DNA from: Candidatus Helarchaeota archaeon
GTDB taxonomy: Archaea > Asgardarchaeota > Lokiarchaeia > Helarchaeales > RDOG01
Assembly (NCBI GenBank): GCA_019058315.1
Contig: JAHPZH010000002.1
Location: 128,001 to 192,000, forward strand
Reading direction: 5' to 3'
DNA length: 64,000 nucleotides
Below, one piece after another: positions 47,699-56,888 of this stretch; position 1 is the stretch's first letter, and each line of letters begins with the position of its first letter. The translations under genes and the position numbers were made by a program. Under the pieces are notes generated by a model that saw nothing but the letters and a program-made list of their open reading frames with translations, made no database searches and was not told the origin of the DNA.

Positions 47699-47884
47699 TG
47701 TAATATTACAAAGAATTAATCCTCAATATTCTTAAATTGGCAAAAAATTGACCCCCATCTAAATTGGCAAAAAATTGACCCCTTTTTATTTATATTAGTA
47801 TACCAGTAAACATAGTAATAAGGTTAAAAAGTAAAGGGTGAAGCCCTTCCTCTTGAAATAAAGGGGGAATGTAGGCTTTTTTTT
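47699..47884 (+). mobile_element. IS21-family-like terminal remnant (no transposase)
   Basis: TG at 47699, a degenerate repeat at 47709-47724, then two perfect 23-bp repeats TAAATTGGCAAAAAATTGACCCC (47733-47755, 47760-47782) and a purine-rich hairpin at 47841-47878. Confidence 0.55.
47841..47884 (+). terminator. Hairpin followed by a T-run (terminator-like or SD-sequestering)
   Basis: AAGCC-CTTCCTCTT/AAGGGGGAA-AGGCTT followed by T8, between convergent genes. Confidence 0.4.
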
Positions 47885-48682
47885 CTATTTTATTATTTTT
47901 TTTAATTCATTTTTATTAATTTCAATAAGGTTGATTATATTGGGGTTAATGAGATGGGTTAAAGAGTGTGGCTCTAATACAAAAAATTTAAAATTTGTTA
48001 ATTTTATCAGCTTTTCAATATATGAGGTATAATTTTTAACAAGACCTATATGACTAGATAATAATTTGTTATTAAAAACCTCAATAATTTTACCGACGTA
48101 TGTTTTACTTCTTAATATTGCGTGATCAATATCTAATGTTAATTTTAAATCTGGTATTTCTTGAAAAATTCTTTCTAGATATTTAATTTTAGATGTCATT
48201 CTCCAATCGCTATATGACATATTTTCAATGGAAAGAGTGATTCCATTATCAGAACATATGTCATAGAAAGATATTAAGGCATCAATAGTACTATTTAAAG
48301 CTATTTTTCCATATTTTCTAGAAAATGAAGAAGCAGTTTTAAAAGAATTCTTTCCTCCATGCGTTACTACATATTTAGCACCAATATTTCTCGCAAATTC
48401 AATTGATTCTTTAATTTGATTTATCGAAAATTGTCTTATTTTTTTGTTATAGGCTGAAATATTCAAATCTTTAATTGGTGTATGGAAAGAAATATTAAAT
48501 CTGTAATTTGATAAAATATCATTAATAAAAGAAACAGCTTTATTTGGGTAAATTTTAAAGATCTCAGGATGTTCTGGTTGTAATTCTATACCATCAAAAC
48601 CCATATTTTCTGCAATTTCACAAATTTTTTTAAATTCTATTTGATAAGTTGAACGATCAATTCCTAAATGAAGTTTTTGCAT
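47885..48682 (-). CDS. Sugar phosphate isomerase/epimerase (AP endonuclease 2 TIM barrel)
   Basis: GFDGIEL, SFHTP, THGG, IENM, LDIDH. Confidence 0.85.
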   Translation of the reverse strand: MQKLHLGIDRSTYQIEFKKICEIAENMGFDGIELQPEHPEIFKIYPNKAVSFINDILSNYRFNISFHTPIKDLNISAYNKKIRQFSINQIKESIEFARNIGAKYVVTHGGKNSFKTASSFSRKYGKIALNSTIDALISFYDICSDNGITLSIENMSYSDWRMTSKIKYLERIFQEIPDLKLTLDIDHAILRSKTYVGKIIEVFNNKLLSSHIGLVKNYTSYIEKLIKLTNFKFFVLEPHSLTHLINPNIINLIEINKNELKKIIK

Positions 48683-48700
48683 ATCTATACCTATATCCTA

Positions 48701-49447
48701 TTACAAACCACCAATTCTATGTTTCCATTCATCTATCTTATCAAATAATAAGGCAATTATATCTGGATCCATTTTCATATTTTGTGGATACTTCTTTAAT
48801 TTCCGTGCAAACGTCCCTAGTTCATAGATTGCGGGATGAAACTTGTAGATTCTAACTATTTCATCCCTTACAAATTCCATATAGTCAGCAAATTTTACTG
48901 CAGGGGTTTCAATCTTAGATTTTAATGAGTCTAAAAGATCTAGAACTTCAACTGGAACTGTTTTACCAACTTTTATTGGAATTGGAGCTCGTCTTGAAGG
49001 AGCAGGAATGTCAACACGAGTAACTATCGGCTTTTTAGAGGGTTCAAGAGGCTTTAAGGGCTTTGGGGTGGGCGTAATAACTTTAGCTAAAGGAACTGTT
49101 TTGGCCGGAGATTTAGTAATAGTTCGGATTGAATCTATTTTAGAATCCATAAAATTTTTAATTCTACTCGCTGTGTTCTTCACACCTTCAGAAATATCAT
49201 CCAATTTAGCTGTTATTGCCCCCGTATTTATGCCAGAACCAGGAACTTGTGTCTGAAATATTTCCTGCAACTCATCTAATTTATTACCCATCATATCACT
49301 AAAGTTAAGAAATCCAGAATTAACATCTTTTTTCAGGATTTCTAAGGCAGATGTGTTTCCTTGTATCAAAGTTCTCAATTCTTCAACTGCTCCCACAAGC
49401 TTTTTCATCTGTTCTTCTAATCTTTCAAAAACGGTTGCCATTATCAA
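48701..49447 (-). CDS. Coiled-coil + Pro-rich linker + C-terminal helical domain protein
   Basis: N-terminus resembles type C1 (KxLVxxVx(D/E)LxxxxxxN; GSG.N.G); C-terminal domain FHPAIYEL...KIDEWK. Confidence 0.65.
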   Translation of the reverse strand: MIMATVFERLEEQMKKLVGAVEELRTLIQGNTSALEILKKDVNSGFLNFSDMMGNKLDELQEIFQTQVPGSGINTGAITAKLDDISEGVKNTASRIKNFMDSKIDSIRTITKSPAKTVPLAKVITPTPKPLKPLEPSKKPIVTRVDIPAPSRRAPIPIKVGKTVPVEVLDLLDSLKSKIETPAVKFADYMEFVRDEIVRIYKFHPAIYELGTFARKLKKYPQNMKMDPDIIALLFDKIDEWKHRIGGL

Positions 49448-49463
49448 TACCCTCCAATTTATT

Positions 49464-49994
49464 TTAAATGAGTTTTTCTAATTTGATTTTTGCAAGTTTT
49501 GAAAAAGCTTTATCTACATTTTTCCCAGTTTTTGCTGAAGTTTTGAAATAAAATTCAATTTTCAATTCTTTCATTAATGTTTCAATATCAGAATCTGAAA
49601 TAACAATACCATCTTTCAAATCCAATTTGTTTGCCAATAAAGCGATTGGAATATCTTTAAGATATTCACGTAAATCTTTATACCAGTTTGAAACGTGTTG
49701 AAACGCTTCTTTATTTGTAAGGTCGAAAACAATAAATCCTGCATGACTACCTTCATAATAATATCTTCGTATTATTTCAAAACGTTCTTGACCACCAATA
49801 TCCCAAACTGTTAAGACTGCATTCTTTTTATCTTCGGGGAATTCTATCACTTTGACATTAAAATCTGCACCAATAGTATGTTTATATTCATCTTCAAATT
49901 TATCATCTGCGAATCTTCTGATTAAAGACGTTTTTCCTACTGCCGGATCCCCAACAACTACAACCTTTAATTGATATTTTTTTCCTTCACTCAA
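49464..49994 (-). CDS. Rab-like small GTPase
   Basis: GDPAVGKTS, TIGADF, WDIGGQERF, YY.G, NKLD, TSAK; no C-terminal prenylation Cys. Confidence 0.92.
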   Translation of the reverse strand: MSEGKKYQLKVVVVGDPAVGKTSLIRRFADDKFEDEYKHTIGADFNVKVIEFPEDKKNAVLTVWDIGGQERFEIIRRYYYEGSHAGFIVFDLTNKEAFQHVSNWYKDLREYLKDIPIALLANKLDLKDGIVISDSDIETLMKELKIEFYFKTSAKTGKNVDKAFSKLAKIKLEKLI

Positions 49995-50120
49995 TTTAAC
50001 TATACCTTCTGTAATTTAATTTAAATAATAAATACTATCCTTAACAATTGAAGAAAAATTTAATTTTAGATTTAATCTCGAATATATTTATATGTAATTG
50101 AAAATAAAAATGAGAATATA

Positions 50121-50837
50121 ATGATAAAACTTTTAGTTTCTCCCATTAATCTCGAAGAAGCTCAAAACGCAATTAATGGTGGGGCCGATATTATTGATGT
50201 TAAAAACCCAGTAGAGGGGAGCTTAGGTGCAAATTTTCCATGGGTTATAACCGAAATTCAAAAATTAGTTAAAAAATATAATGGACTTGAAATTAGTGCT
50301 ACTCTTGGTGACTTTCCTAATCTACCAGGAACAGCATCTCTTGCAGCTTTAGGAATGGCTAATTGTAATGTAGATTACATTAAAGTTGGCTTAAAAGGAC
50401 CAAAAACTAAAAAAGACGCAATATTTTTTATGAAGCAAATTATTAGAGCAGTATCTGAATATAAAGGGCAAGTTAAAATCGTAGTTGCAGGCTATGCCGA
50501 CTATAAACGATTTGGAACCATCGAACCACTCTTAATTCCAGAAATCGCAGCGGAATCAGGAGCAGATGTAGCCATGGTAGACACTGGAATTAAAGATGGA
50601 AAGAACTTATTTGATTTTATGTCAGAAGAACAAATCAAAATATTTGTCGAAAAAACTTTAAAAAATGATATAATTGTTGCTCTTGCAGGGTCTATAAGGA
50701 AAGATCATTTTCCTAAACTCAAAGAAATTAAACCTCATATCATTGGGCTTCGAGGTGCAGCTTGCGAGAAATCCGATAGATTACATGGCAAGATTAGGGT
50801 TGAATTAGTAAAAGAATTAAAATCACTTCTTAAATAG
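50121..50837 (+). CDS. mfnB: (5-formylfuran-3-yl)methyl phosphate synthase (methanofuran biosynthesis)
   Basis: LLVSP..EEA, DIIDVKNP.EGSLGA, DYIKVG, DTGIKDG, ALAGS, GLRGAAC. Confidence 0.92.
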   Translation: MIKLLVSPINLEEAQNAINGGADIIDVKNPVEGSLGANFPWVITEIQKLVKKYNGLEISATLGDFPNLPGTASLAALGMANCNVDYIKVGLKGPKTKKDAIFFMKQIIRAVSEYKGQVKIVVAGYADYKRFGTIEPLLIPEIAAESGADVAMVDTGIKDGKNLFDFMSEEQIKIFVEKTLKNDIIVALAGSIRKDHFPKLKEIKPHIIGLRGAACEKSDRLHGKIRVELVKELKSLLK

Positions 50838-50842
50838 AATAG

Positions 50843-52114
50843 TTATATCCTTTTAGCATATTCTTCTTCAATTTCTTTACCATATAGAATCATTTCATTA
50901 ATTTCGTCTTTTGATAAAGTCTCTGTTTCGAAAATAATATGTTCACAATCCCATAATTCAAAATTATTTTCAATGATTTTTATTCCATAGCTCTTTTGAT
51001 TCTGATGAAGATCTGAACCTGGATATGGAGTTGCTATAAAAAAATTAATTCGATCTATTCCCGGTTCAAGATTTAATGATTTTATAAAATCTTTTGTTTT
51101 TTGAAATGTTTCTTTTGTTTCTCCTGGTAATCCTATTATGAAATAGGCTTGAATACTAAGTTTAGCTTGTTTTGCATTATTAATACCCTTCTTAATCAGC
51201 TCCAAGTCTTGATTCTTATTATTTGTTTGTAACACTTTTTTACTTCCGGATTCAATACCTGTAGCTATCGCTAGGCATCCTGCACTTGTTAGATTTAAAG
51301 CTAGCTCCTTATTTAATAAATCTACTCTCAATTCGCATCCCCAAGGTAGATTTATTTGGTTTTCAATCATTACAGAACAAAGTTTATTTGTAAAAGGTCT
51401 TGAAATGTTAATATTATCATAAAGATTGAAATATTTGTAATTTAAGTCTATAATTTGATGTATTTCTTCAATAATCGATAGAGGATTCCGTATTCTAACA
51501 TTTTGGAATAATTTTTGTCTAACACAAAACGAACATTGATAAGGACAACCTCTATTTACTATAATATCCGCTACTTGATATTTTGGTTTCAATATTTCTC
51601 TTGCAGGAAGGGGAATTTCATCTAAATTTATTTCATTTGACTGATTATTTATAATAAAATCATTTCTTATTTTATATGCAACTCCCGGTGCATCTGAATC
51701 ATAATTATTTTTTAATATTTCTTTAACTAATAAAGGAAGACTCTTTTCACCTTCTCCTATTATCACATAATCTATCTCTTTTTCTGATAATGCTTCTTTT
51801 ACTTGGAAACTAACATGAGGACCTCCAATTACAGTCTTAATCTCAGGATTATTTTTTTTAATCTTCTTCAATATTCGTAAAGCGAGGGGAAAAGTGTTTG
51901 TTAAAGCTGTAATTCCAACAACTTTTGGATCGTTATTAAGAAGTTTTTTTAATTGCACCTCAGTTTCAATGGATAAATCAATGAAATCAACATTATAACC
52001 CAAATTTTTTAAAACTGAGCAAAGAATAAGAATTCCTGAGGGAGGTTCTCTATTAAATTTTCTAGATGATAGCTCTAACTCTGTTCTAGGATTAATTAAA
52101 AGAAATCTTGACAT
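50843..52114 (-). CDS. B12-binding radical SAM protein
   Basis: GGPH, GEGE, RGCPYQCSFC, GIESG, IIGLPGET, PYPGS. Confidence 0.9.
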   Translation of the reverse strand: MSRFLLINPRTELELSSRKFNREPPSGILILCSVLKNLGYNVDFIDLSIETEVQLKKLLNNDPKVVGITALTNTFPLALRILKKIKKNNPEIKTVIGGPHVSFQVKEALSEKEIDYVIIGEGEKSLPLLVKEILKNNYDSDAPGVAYKIRNDFIINNQSNEINLDEIPLPAREILKPKYQVADIIVNRGCPYQCSFCVRQKLFQNVRIRNPLSIIEEIHQIIDLNYKYFNLYDNINISRPFTNKLCSVMIENQINLPWGCELRVDLLNKELALNLTSAGCLAIATGIESGSKKVLQTNNKNQDLELIKKGINNAKQAKLSIQAYFIIGLPGETKETFQKTKDFIKSLNLEPGIDRINFFIATPYPGSDLHQNQKSYGIKIIENNFELWDCEHIIFETETLSKDEINEMILYGKEIEEEYAKRI

Positions 52115-52253
52115 TATTATCCAAAATTAAAGTTAATTTCAAAATATATACATGTTATATAGAGACTTATTTCAAATATAATGGACGTACAGCATCGATT
52201 TAATTGAAATTTACCCAAAAAAAAAATAAAAATAAGAGAAAAAGGATGAAGAT

Positions 52254-52556
52254 TTATTCCTTTATCGCCAGAATTAAATCTTCTTTAGTAATAGTCTTTC
52301 TTTTTGCATTCTCGACTATTTTAAGTGCTTTAGTTGTTAAGTCCTTTGCTAAACCTTGCAGATGCTCCATCAAAATCTCAATTGCTGAAGAAGCAACTAG
52401 TTCGGCATCAGCTTTCTCCTTCATTAATCGTCGTAAAGCTGATTTTGTAATAATTCTAGGTTCACCAGTTGCTTTAGGTTTTGCCTTTGCTGGTTCTTTT
52501 TCTGGTTCTTTTTTTGGTTCTTTTTTTGCTGGTTTTTTAGCTTTTGCCAATTTCAT
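52254..52556 (-). CDS. Archaeal histone with a Lys-rich N-terminal tail
   Basis: Histone fold (ALRRLMK...ELVA...AKRKTITKEDL). Real start is ATG 52556 or TTG 52550 after GAGGGA; the 52706 track start is an AT-rich extension. Confidence 0.88.
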   Translation of the reverse strand: MKLAKAKKPAKKEPKKEPEKEPAKAKPKATGEPRIITKSALRRLMKEKADAELVASSAIEILMEHLQGLAKDLTTKALKIVENAKRKTITKEDLILAIKE

Positions 52557-52914
52557 TCCCTCAAAAATTATCATATAACTTTTTTTATAATTATAATAAT
52601 AATCAGATATAAAAATAATTACTATATTTTTAAAATATATGTTATGACACATGGATCTTTTTTCTAAATTATTTTTTGTCGAAGTTAGAGTTATAAGATT
52701 AATCAACAGACAAATTTATGAAAAATTTGAAATTTTGCTCTACATATAAAAAATACAAAGCTTTTTTTCCATTAGAAATATATTTCATTAATTTTTTTTA
52801 ATTAATAAAAATTTCAAGAGATTTATTTAAAATTTTATGAAATCTAATTGCTTTTTATTATATTTTTTATAATTTCATTAAACTCCTTATCATCTCTATT
52901 ATTTATTTTCTAAA

Positions 52915-52928
52915 TAAACGCGCGTTTA
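52915..52928. promoter_or_regulatory. Perfect 14-bp palindrome TAAACGCGCGTTTA
   Basis: CG-rich palindrome in a very AT-rich spacer of about 640 bp upstream of the histone gene. Confidence 0.35.
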
Positions 52929-53200
52929 ATCACTTTTATTATTTCATTCAAAAAATAATCAAATAAATCATTATTTTTAAAAAAGTGACATGATTTTTTT
53001 TTTTAAAATTTAAAGAATTTAGATTCTATTTTTGAATTAAAACGGTTACATATGAATCCTTATTGGATTTTACGAATATTTTTTTTATGAAAAGTCCTTA
53101 AAAAGGATATTAGGCTTTCAAATTAACCTTAAGATTATAAAATATAAGATTTAAATAAAAAAAATTGTATAAAAAATGAATAATTCATTTTTTCTGTGTT

Positions 53201-54472
53201 TTAGGTTCCTTCATCCCAACTAGTAATATATTTTTCTTGTTCAGGCGTTAAATAATCAATTTCGATGCCCATTGATTTTAGCTTTAAATATGCAACCTTA
53301 TCATCTAATTCTTTTGGGAGCACATAAACATCAGGTTTAAGATTTTTTCCATGTTCTAACATATATTTTGCGCCTAGAGCCTGATCTGAAAAACTCATAT
53401 CCATTACTTCGCTAGGATGCCCTTCTGCAGCAGCCAGATTTACTAATCTTCCTTCAGCTAATAAATAAATTTTTCTACCATCCTTTGTTATATATTCTTC
53501 AACATTAGGTCGGATAATTTTTTTTCCCTTAGACATTGCTTCTAAAGCTGGGATATTAACTTCAACATTAAAATGCCCTGAATTAGCCAATATCGCACCA
53601 GTTTTCATCTTTTTTAAATGTTCTTTATCGATGACATTTTTGTCTCCAGTAGAAGTAACAAATAAATCTCCGACTTCTGATGCTTTTGACATAGGCATTA
53701 CCGAAAAACCATCCATAGCAGCTTGCAGAGCTTTAACTGGATCAACTTCAGTAACAACTACATGTCCACCTAAACCTCTGGCCCTAATAGCAATACCTTT
53801 TGAACAATATCCATAACCCGCAACTACCACTTTTTTACCCGCTATTAATATAGATGTAGCCCTTAAGATTCCATCCATTGTGCTTTGTCCTGTGCCATAT
53901 ACATTATCGAAATTACGTTTTGTTTGAGAATCATTTGCTGCAAGAATTGGATATTTTAATTTTCCATCTTTTGCCATAGCTCTTAGACGAATAACACCAG
54001 TAGTTGTTTCTTCACAACCCGCTACTATATCTTTCAATAATTCAGTTTTTTTTGAATGAATTGTCGAAATTAAATCTGCACCATCATCCAAAGTTATATT
54101 TGGCTTGATTTCCAAAGTTTTGTCTATACAGGAATAATATTCTTCTTTATTTTGACCCCGCCAAGCAAATACTCTCATTCCAGATTTAGCCAAAGCTGCA
54201 GCTACATGATCCTGAGTTGACAATGGATTTGACCCACATAAAGCAATTTCTGCACCACCTGCTTTTAAAGTATTCATCAAACAAGCTGTTTCTTTAGTAA
54301 CATGTAAACAAGCAGCAATTCTCACTCCTTCCAAAGGTTTAGCTGTTTCGAACTCTTTTTTTATTTCTGATAAAACTGGCATATTTTGACTTGACCACTC
54401 AATGGCTAGGTTACCTTCTGTGCTTAAGGAAATATCTTTTACTTCATATTTCGTTGTCATTTTAAAAACCAC
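53201..54472 (-). CDS. ahcY: Adenosylhomocysteinase
   Basis: CLHVT, SNPLSTQD, DDGAD, EETTTG, FDNVYGTG, GRLVNL, GHP..VMDMSF. Confidence 0.97.
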   Translation of the reverse strand: MVFKMTTKYEVKDISLSTEGNLAIEWSSQNMPVLSEIKKEFETAKPLEGVRIAACLHVTKETACLMNTLKAGGAEIALCGSNPLSTQDHVAAALAKSGMRVFAWRGQNKEEYYSCIDKTLEIKPNITLDDGADLISTIHSKKTELLKDIVAGCEETTTGVIRLRAMAKDGKLKYPILAANDSQTKRNFDNVYGTGQSTMDGILRATSILIAGKKVVVAGYGYCSKGIAIRARGLGGHVVVTEVDPVKALQAAMDGFSVMPMSKASEVGDLFVTSTGDKNVIDKEHLKKMKTGAILANSGHFNVEVNIPALEAMSKGKKIIRPNVEEYITKDGRKIYLLAEGRLVNLAAAEGHPSEVMDMSFSDQALGAKYMLEHGKNLKPDVYVLPKELDDKVAYLKLKSMGIEIDYLTPEQEKYITSWDEGT

Positions 54473-54585
54473 TTTTTATTTCTTTTATAATAATTTTATA
54501 AGAATATTTAAATATATTTGTAATAAATTTCTTTTTAAGATTAATATAAATCACACATTTATAACAAAATAAATAGTTTTTTAAT

Positions 54586-55530
54586 ATGAAACCACTTAAT
54601 CAAAAATTAAAAGAACAAGTTCTTAAAGAACTTTTAAAAGATTATAGAATTTCTGTTAATGAATTAGCTAATAAATTAAAAGTTTCTAGAAATAAAGTTT
54701 TAACAATAATAAATTTTTTAAAAAATAATGAATATATTAATGGACATACAATTATAACTGACCCTTTTTTACTCCCACAAAGGACTATTTTCTTTGAAAT
54801 TAAAACAAATCCCAATGAACCATGGTTAATAAATGAATTGAAAAAAATTGAATGTGAAAGTCTGGATGGTATTATTGGTGAATATTCACTAATTTTAAAG
54901 ATTAAAATTAGAAATAATATTGAATTTAATGAGATATTAAGAAAAATAGATAAATTGATGGCAAAGGGATATTTTAAGAAATATCAATTAATTGATGTTT
55001 TAGAGACTTACAAAGAAAACGGAGTAAGTTTTCGAAATCAAGTAAATATTGCTGGCTTAGATGATATAGGATATGAAATTATTAGAATTTTAAAAAATCA
55101 ATCTGTAAATCCATATACAACATCTGAAATCAGTAATATATTAAAATCTAAAAATTTTTCAATTTCACAGCCTGGCACTTGGAAGAGAATCGATAAAATG
55201 GTAAAAGATGGTATTATTACAAATTTTATTCCTACTTTAAATCGAGATAAATTTCAATTTACAAAATTTTATCTAAGAATCAAGGTTGATCCTGCGCAAT
55301 ATGACGAAATTGCTAAAAATTTTCTTTCTCAACAAAAAAATATAGTTAATTTATATAGGACAGGAGAAAATTATGGTCTTCTAGCGGTTGTATTAACAAA
55401 AGGTATTTCTAATTTTAATGAATTTATTATTAGTCTCTATAATTCTGGAATAAATATAATTGATACTAACACAACACTTGTTATTGATGAGCAATTAAAA
55501 AAAATTTTAATTCCTGCTATTTTAATTTAA
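54586..55530 (+). CDS. Tandem (double) Lrp/AsnC family transcriptional regulator
   Basis: Two HTH + RAM units (GEYSL, TGENYGL). Confidence 0.8.
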   Translation: MKPLNQKLKEQVLKELLKDYRISVNELANKLKVSRNKVLTIINFLKNNEYINGHTIITDPFLLPQRTIFFEIKTNPNEPWLINELKKIECESLDGIIGEYSLILKIKIRNNIEFNEILRKIDKLMAKGYFKKYQLIDVLETYKENGVSFRNQVNIAGLDDIGYEIIRILKNQSVNPYTTSEISNILKSKNFSISQPGTWKRIDKMVKDGIITNFIPTLNRDKFQFTKFYLRIKVDPAQYDEIAKNFLSQQKNIVNLYRTGENYGLLAVVLTKGISNFNEFIISLYNSGINIIDTNTTLVIDEQLKKILIPAILI

Positions 55531-55537
55531 AAAATGG

Positions 55538-56731
55538 CTATTTTTTTACTACACAACTTGAAATGATACTTTGTCCTTCTCTTGGTCCAGTAATAATCAA
55601 AATATCATTAGGTAAAATAATTGTTTGTTTTTTAATTTTATAAACCCAATCCCCTTTTCTTTTAACAGCAATCACTTTCATTCCAGATTCCTTGAATTTA
55701 GTATCTAACAAGCTATTATTAGCTAATTCGGATCCTTCTTCTACCTCAACTCTCAAAATTATGTCATCTGACTCAGAAATTATAATATCAACTACAGGAT
55801 GTGGTTTTAACCCTCTTAAAATAATTTCAGCAATCTCAGCAGCTGAATCAGAAATCTCTTCTATTGATTTACTAAATTGTAAAAAACCTAGTAATTTTTC
55901 AGGATCTGGAGCAGTTTTCGCAGTTGACAAAATATGTTGCTCAAATTCGATATGTTTTTTATCTATTTCGTCTTCCATTTCGAGAACATCTTCAGCAATA
56001 TCTTTTGAATTAAAAAGTATCGCAGAAAAACCCAGATCGACCATTAATCCTGATTTATTAATTAATTCTAACATATGATTTTCAATTTTCTCTAAATCTT
56101 CTTTAAAAAACACATCTAAATTATTTTCCTGAATTATTTCTCCTCTAGTACACTTTCCTCCCAATAAATCACAAAGTCTGGTGTTTCCATCTTCAGTTCC
56201 TCTGGCAATAGCGATATCATTTAATTTTAATTTTGTATTTTTACTAGGGTCGAAAATCCATGAATCTCCTCTTCTAATTGCTATTATATCACAACCTGTT
56301 TCTGTTCGAATTTTTAATTGACCTATTTTTTTATTCTTAACTTTTGGATTAGTGACAATAGCACGAATCAAAGGTTCTTCGGATTCCCTTATAGCTTTAA
56401 AAAGATAAGGGTGACTATCATATTTAATAATTTGGCTCATATCAGCAGCTGCATTTGACATACGATCAGTAGCGTTAGCAATTTTTAATATTGGTTCTAG
56501 AGCCTCAGCGTCATCAGCATCCCGAGCTGCAAGCATCGTATTCATTCCAACAAGGTAGGTCAAAGAATCAACATCTTCTTCTAATTTCATTACTTCTTCA
56601 GAAATTTCTTTATTTCTGAATAATACTGCAGAATAAGCTAAGTCTATCATTAATTCTGTTTCGTCTTTCATTTTGGTTAGAAGTTCTCTAAGACTAACAG
56701 GTTTATACTGAATGCGTTTTTTTGTTGGCAA
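55538..56731 (-). CDS. PhoU + TrkA-C tandem-repeat protein (archaeal 'potassium channel family')
   Basis: Two repeats of ELMIDLAYSA/LMVDLGFSA plus TrkA-C (IIAIRRG/VIAVKRKG). Confidence 0.85.
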   Translation of the reverse strand: MPTKKRIQYKPVSLRELLTKMKDETELMIDLAYSAVLFRNKEISEEVMKLEEDVDSLTYLVGMNTMLAARDADDAEALEPILKIANATDRMSNAAADMSQIIKYDSHPYLFKAIRESEEPLIRAIVTNPKVKNKKIGQLKIRTETGCDIIAIRRGDSWIFDPSKNTKLKLNDIAIARGTEDGNTRLCDLLGGKCTRGEIIQENNLDVFFKEDLEKIENHMLELINKSGLMVDLGFSAILFNSKDIAEDVLEMEDEIDKKHIEFEQHILSTAKTAPDPEKLLGFLQFSKSIEEISDSAAEIAEIILRGLKPHPVVDIIISESDDIILRVEVEEGSELANNSLLDTKFKESGMKVIAVKRKGDWVYKIKKQTIILPNDILIITGPREGQSIISSCVVKK

Positions 56732-56888
56732 TAATAAATTAAAACTCCCAGAAGTTTTACGTTAAAATTAATACAACAAATTATAGAAATTCAGTGCATT
56801 TTAAAATTTCGCTTCTCGTGCGCGATTAAATTAAAAATAAAAAATTCAAAGAGTAACTTATAATAAAGTAAATAAATGTTGAGAAATT

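Noticed and set aside
47733-47782. 23-bp direct repeat as a mini-CRISPR
   Set aside because: Only a 4-bp spacer, two perfect copies and no cas genes; it fits an IS end better.
52557-53200. Long AT-rich spacer as a replication origin
   Set aside because: No ORB-like repeats with G-strings and no adjacent orc1/cdc6 gene.
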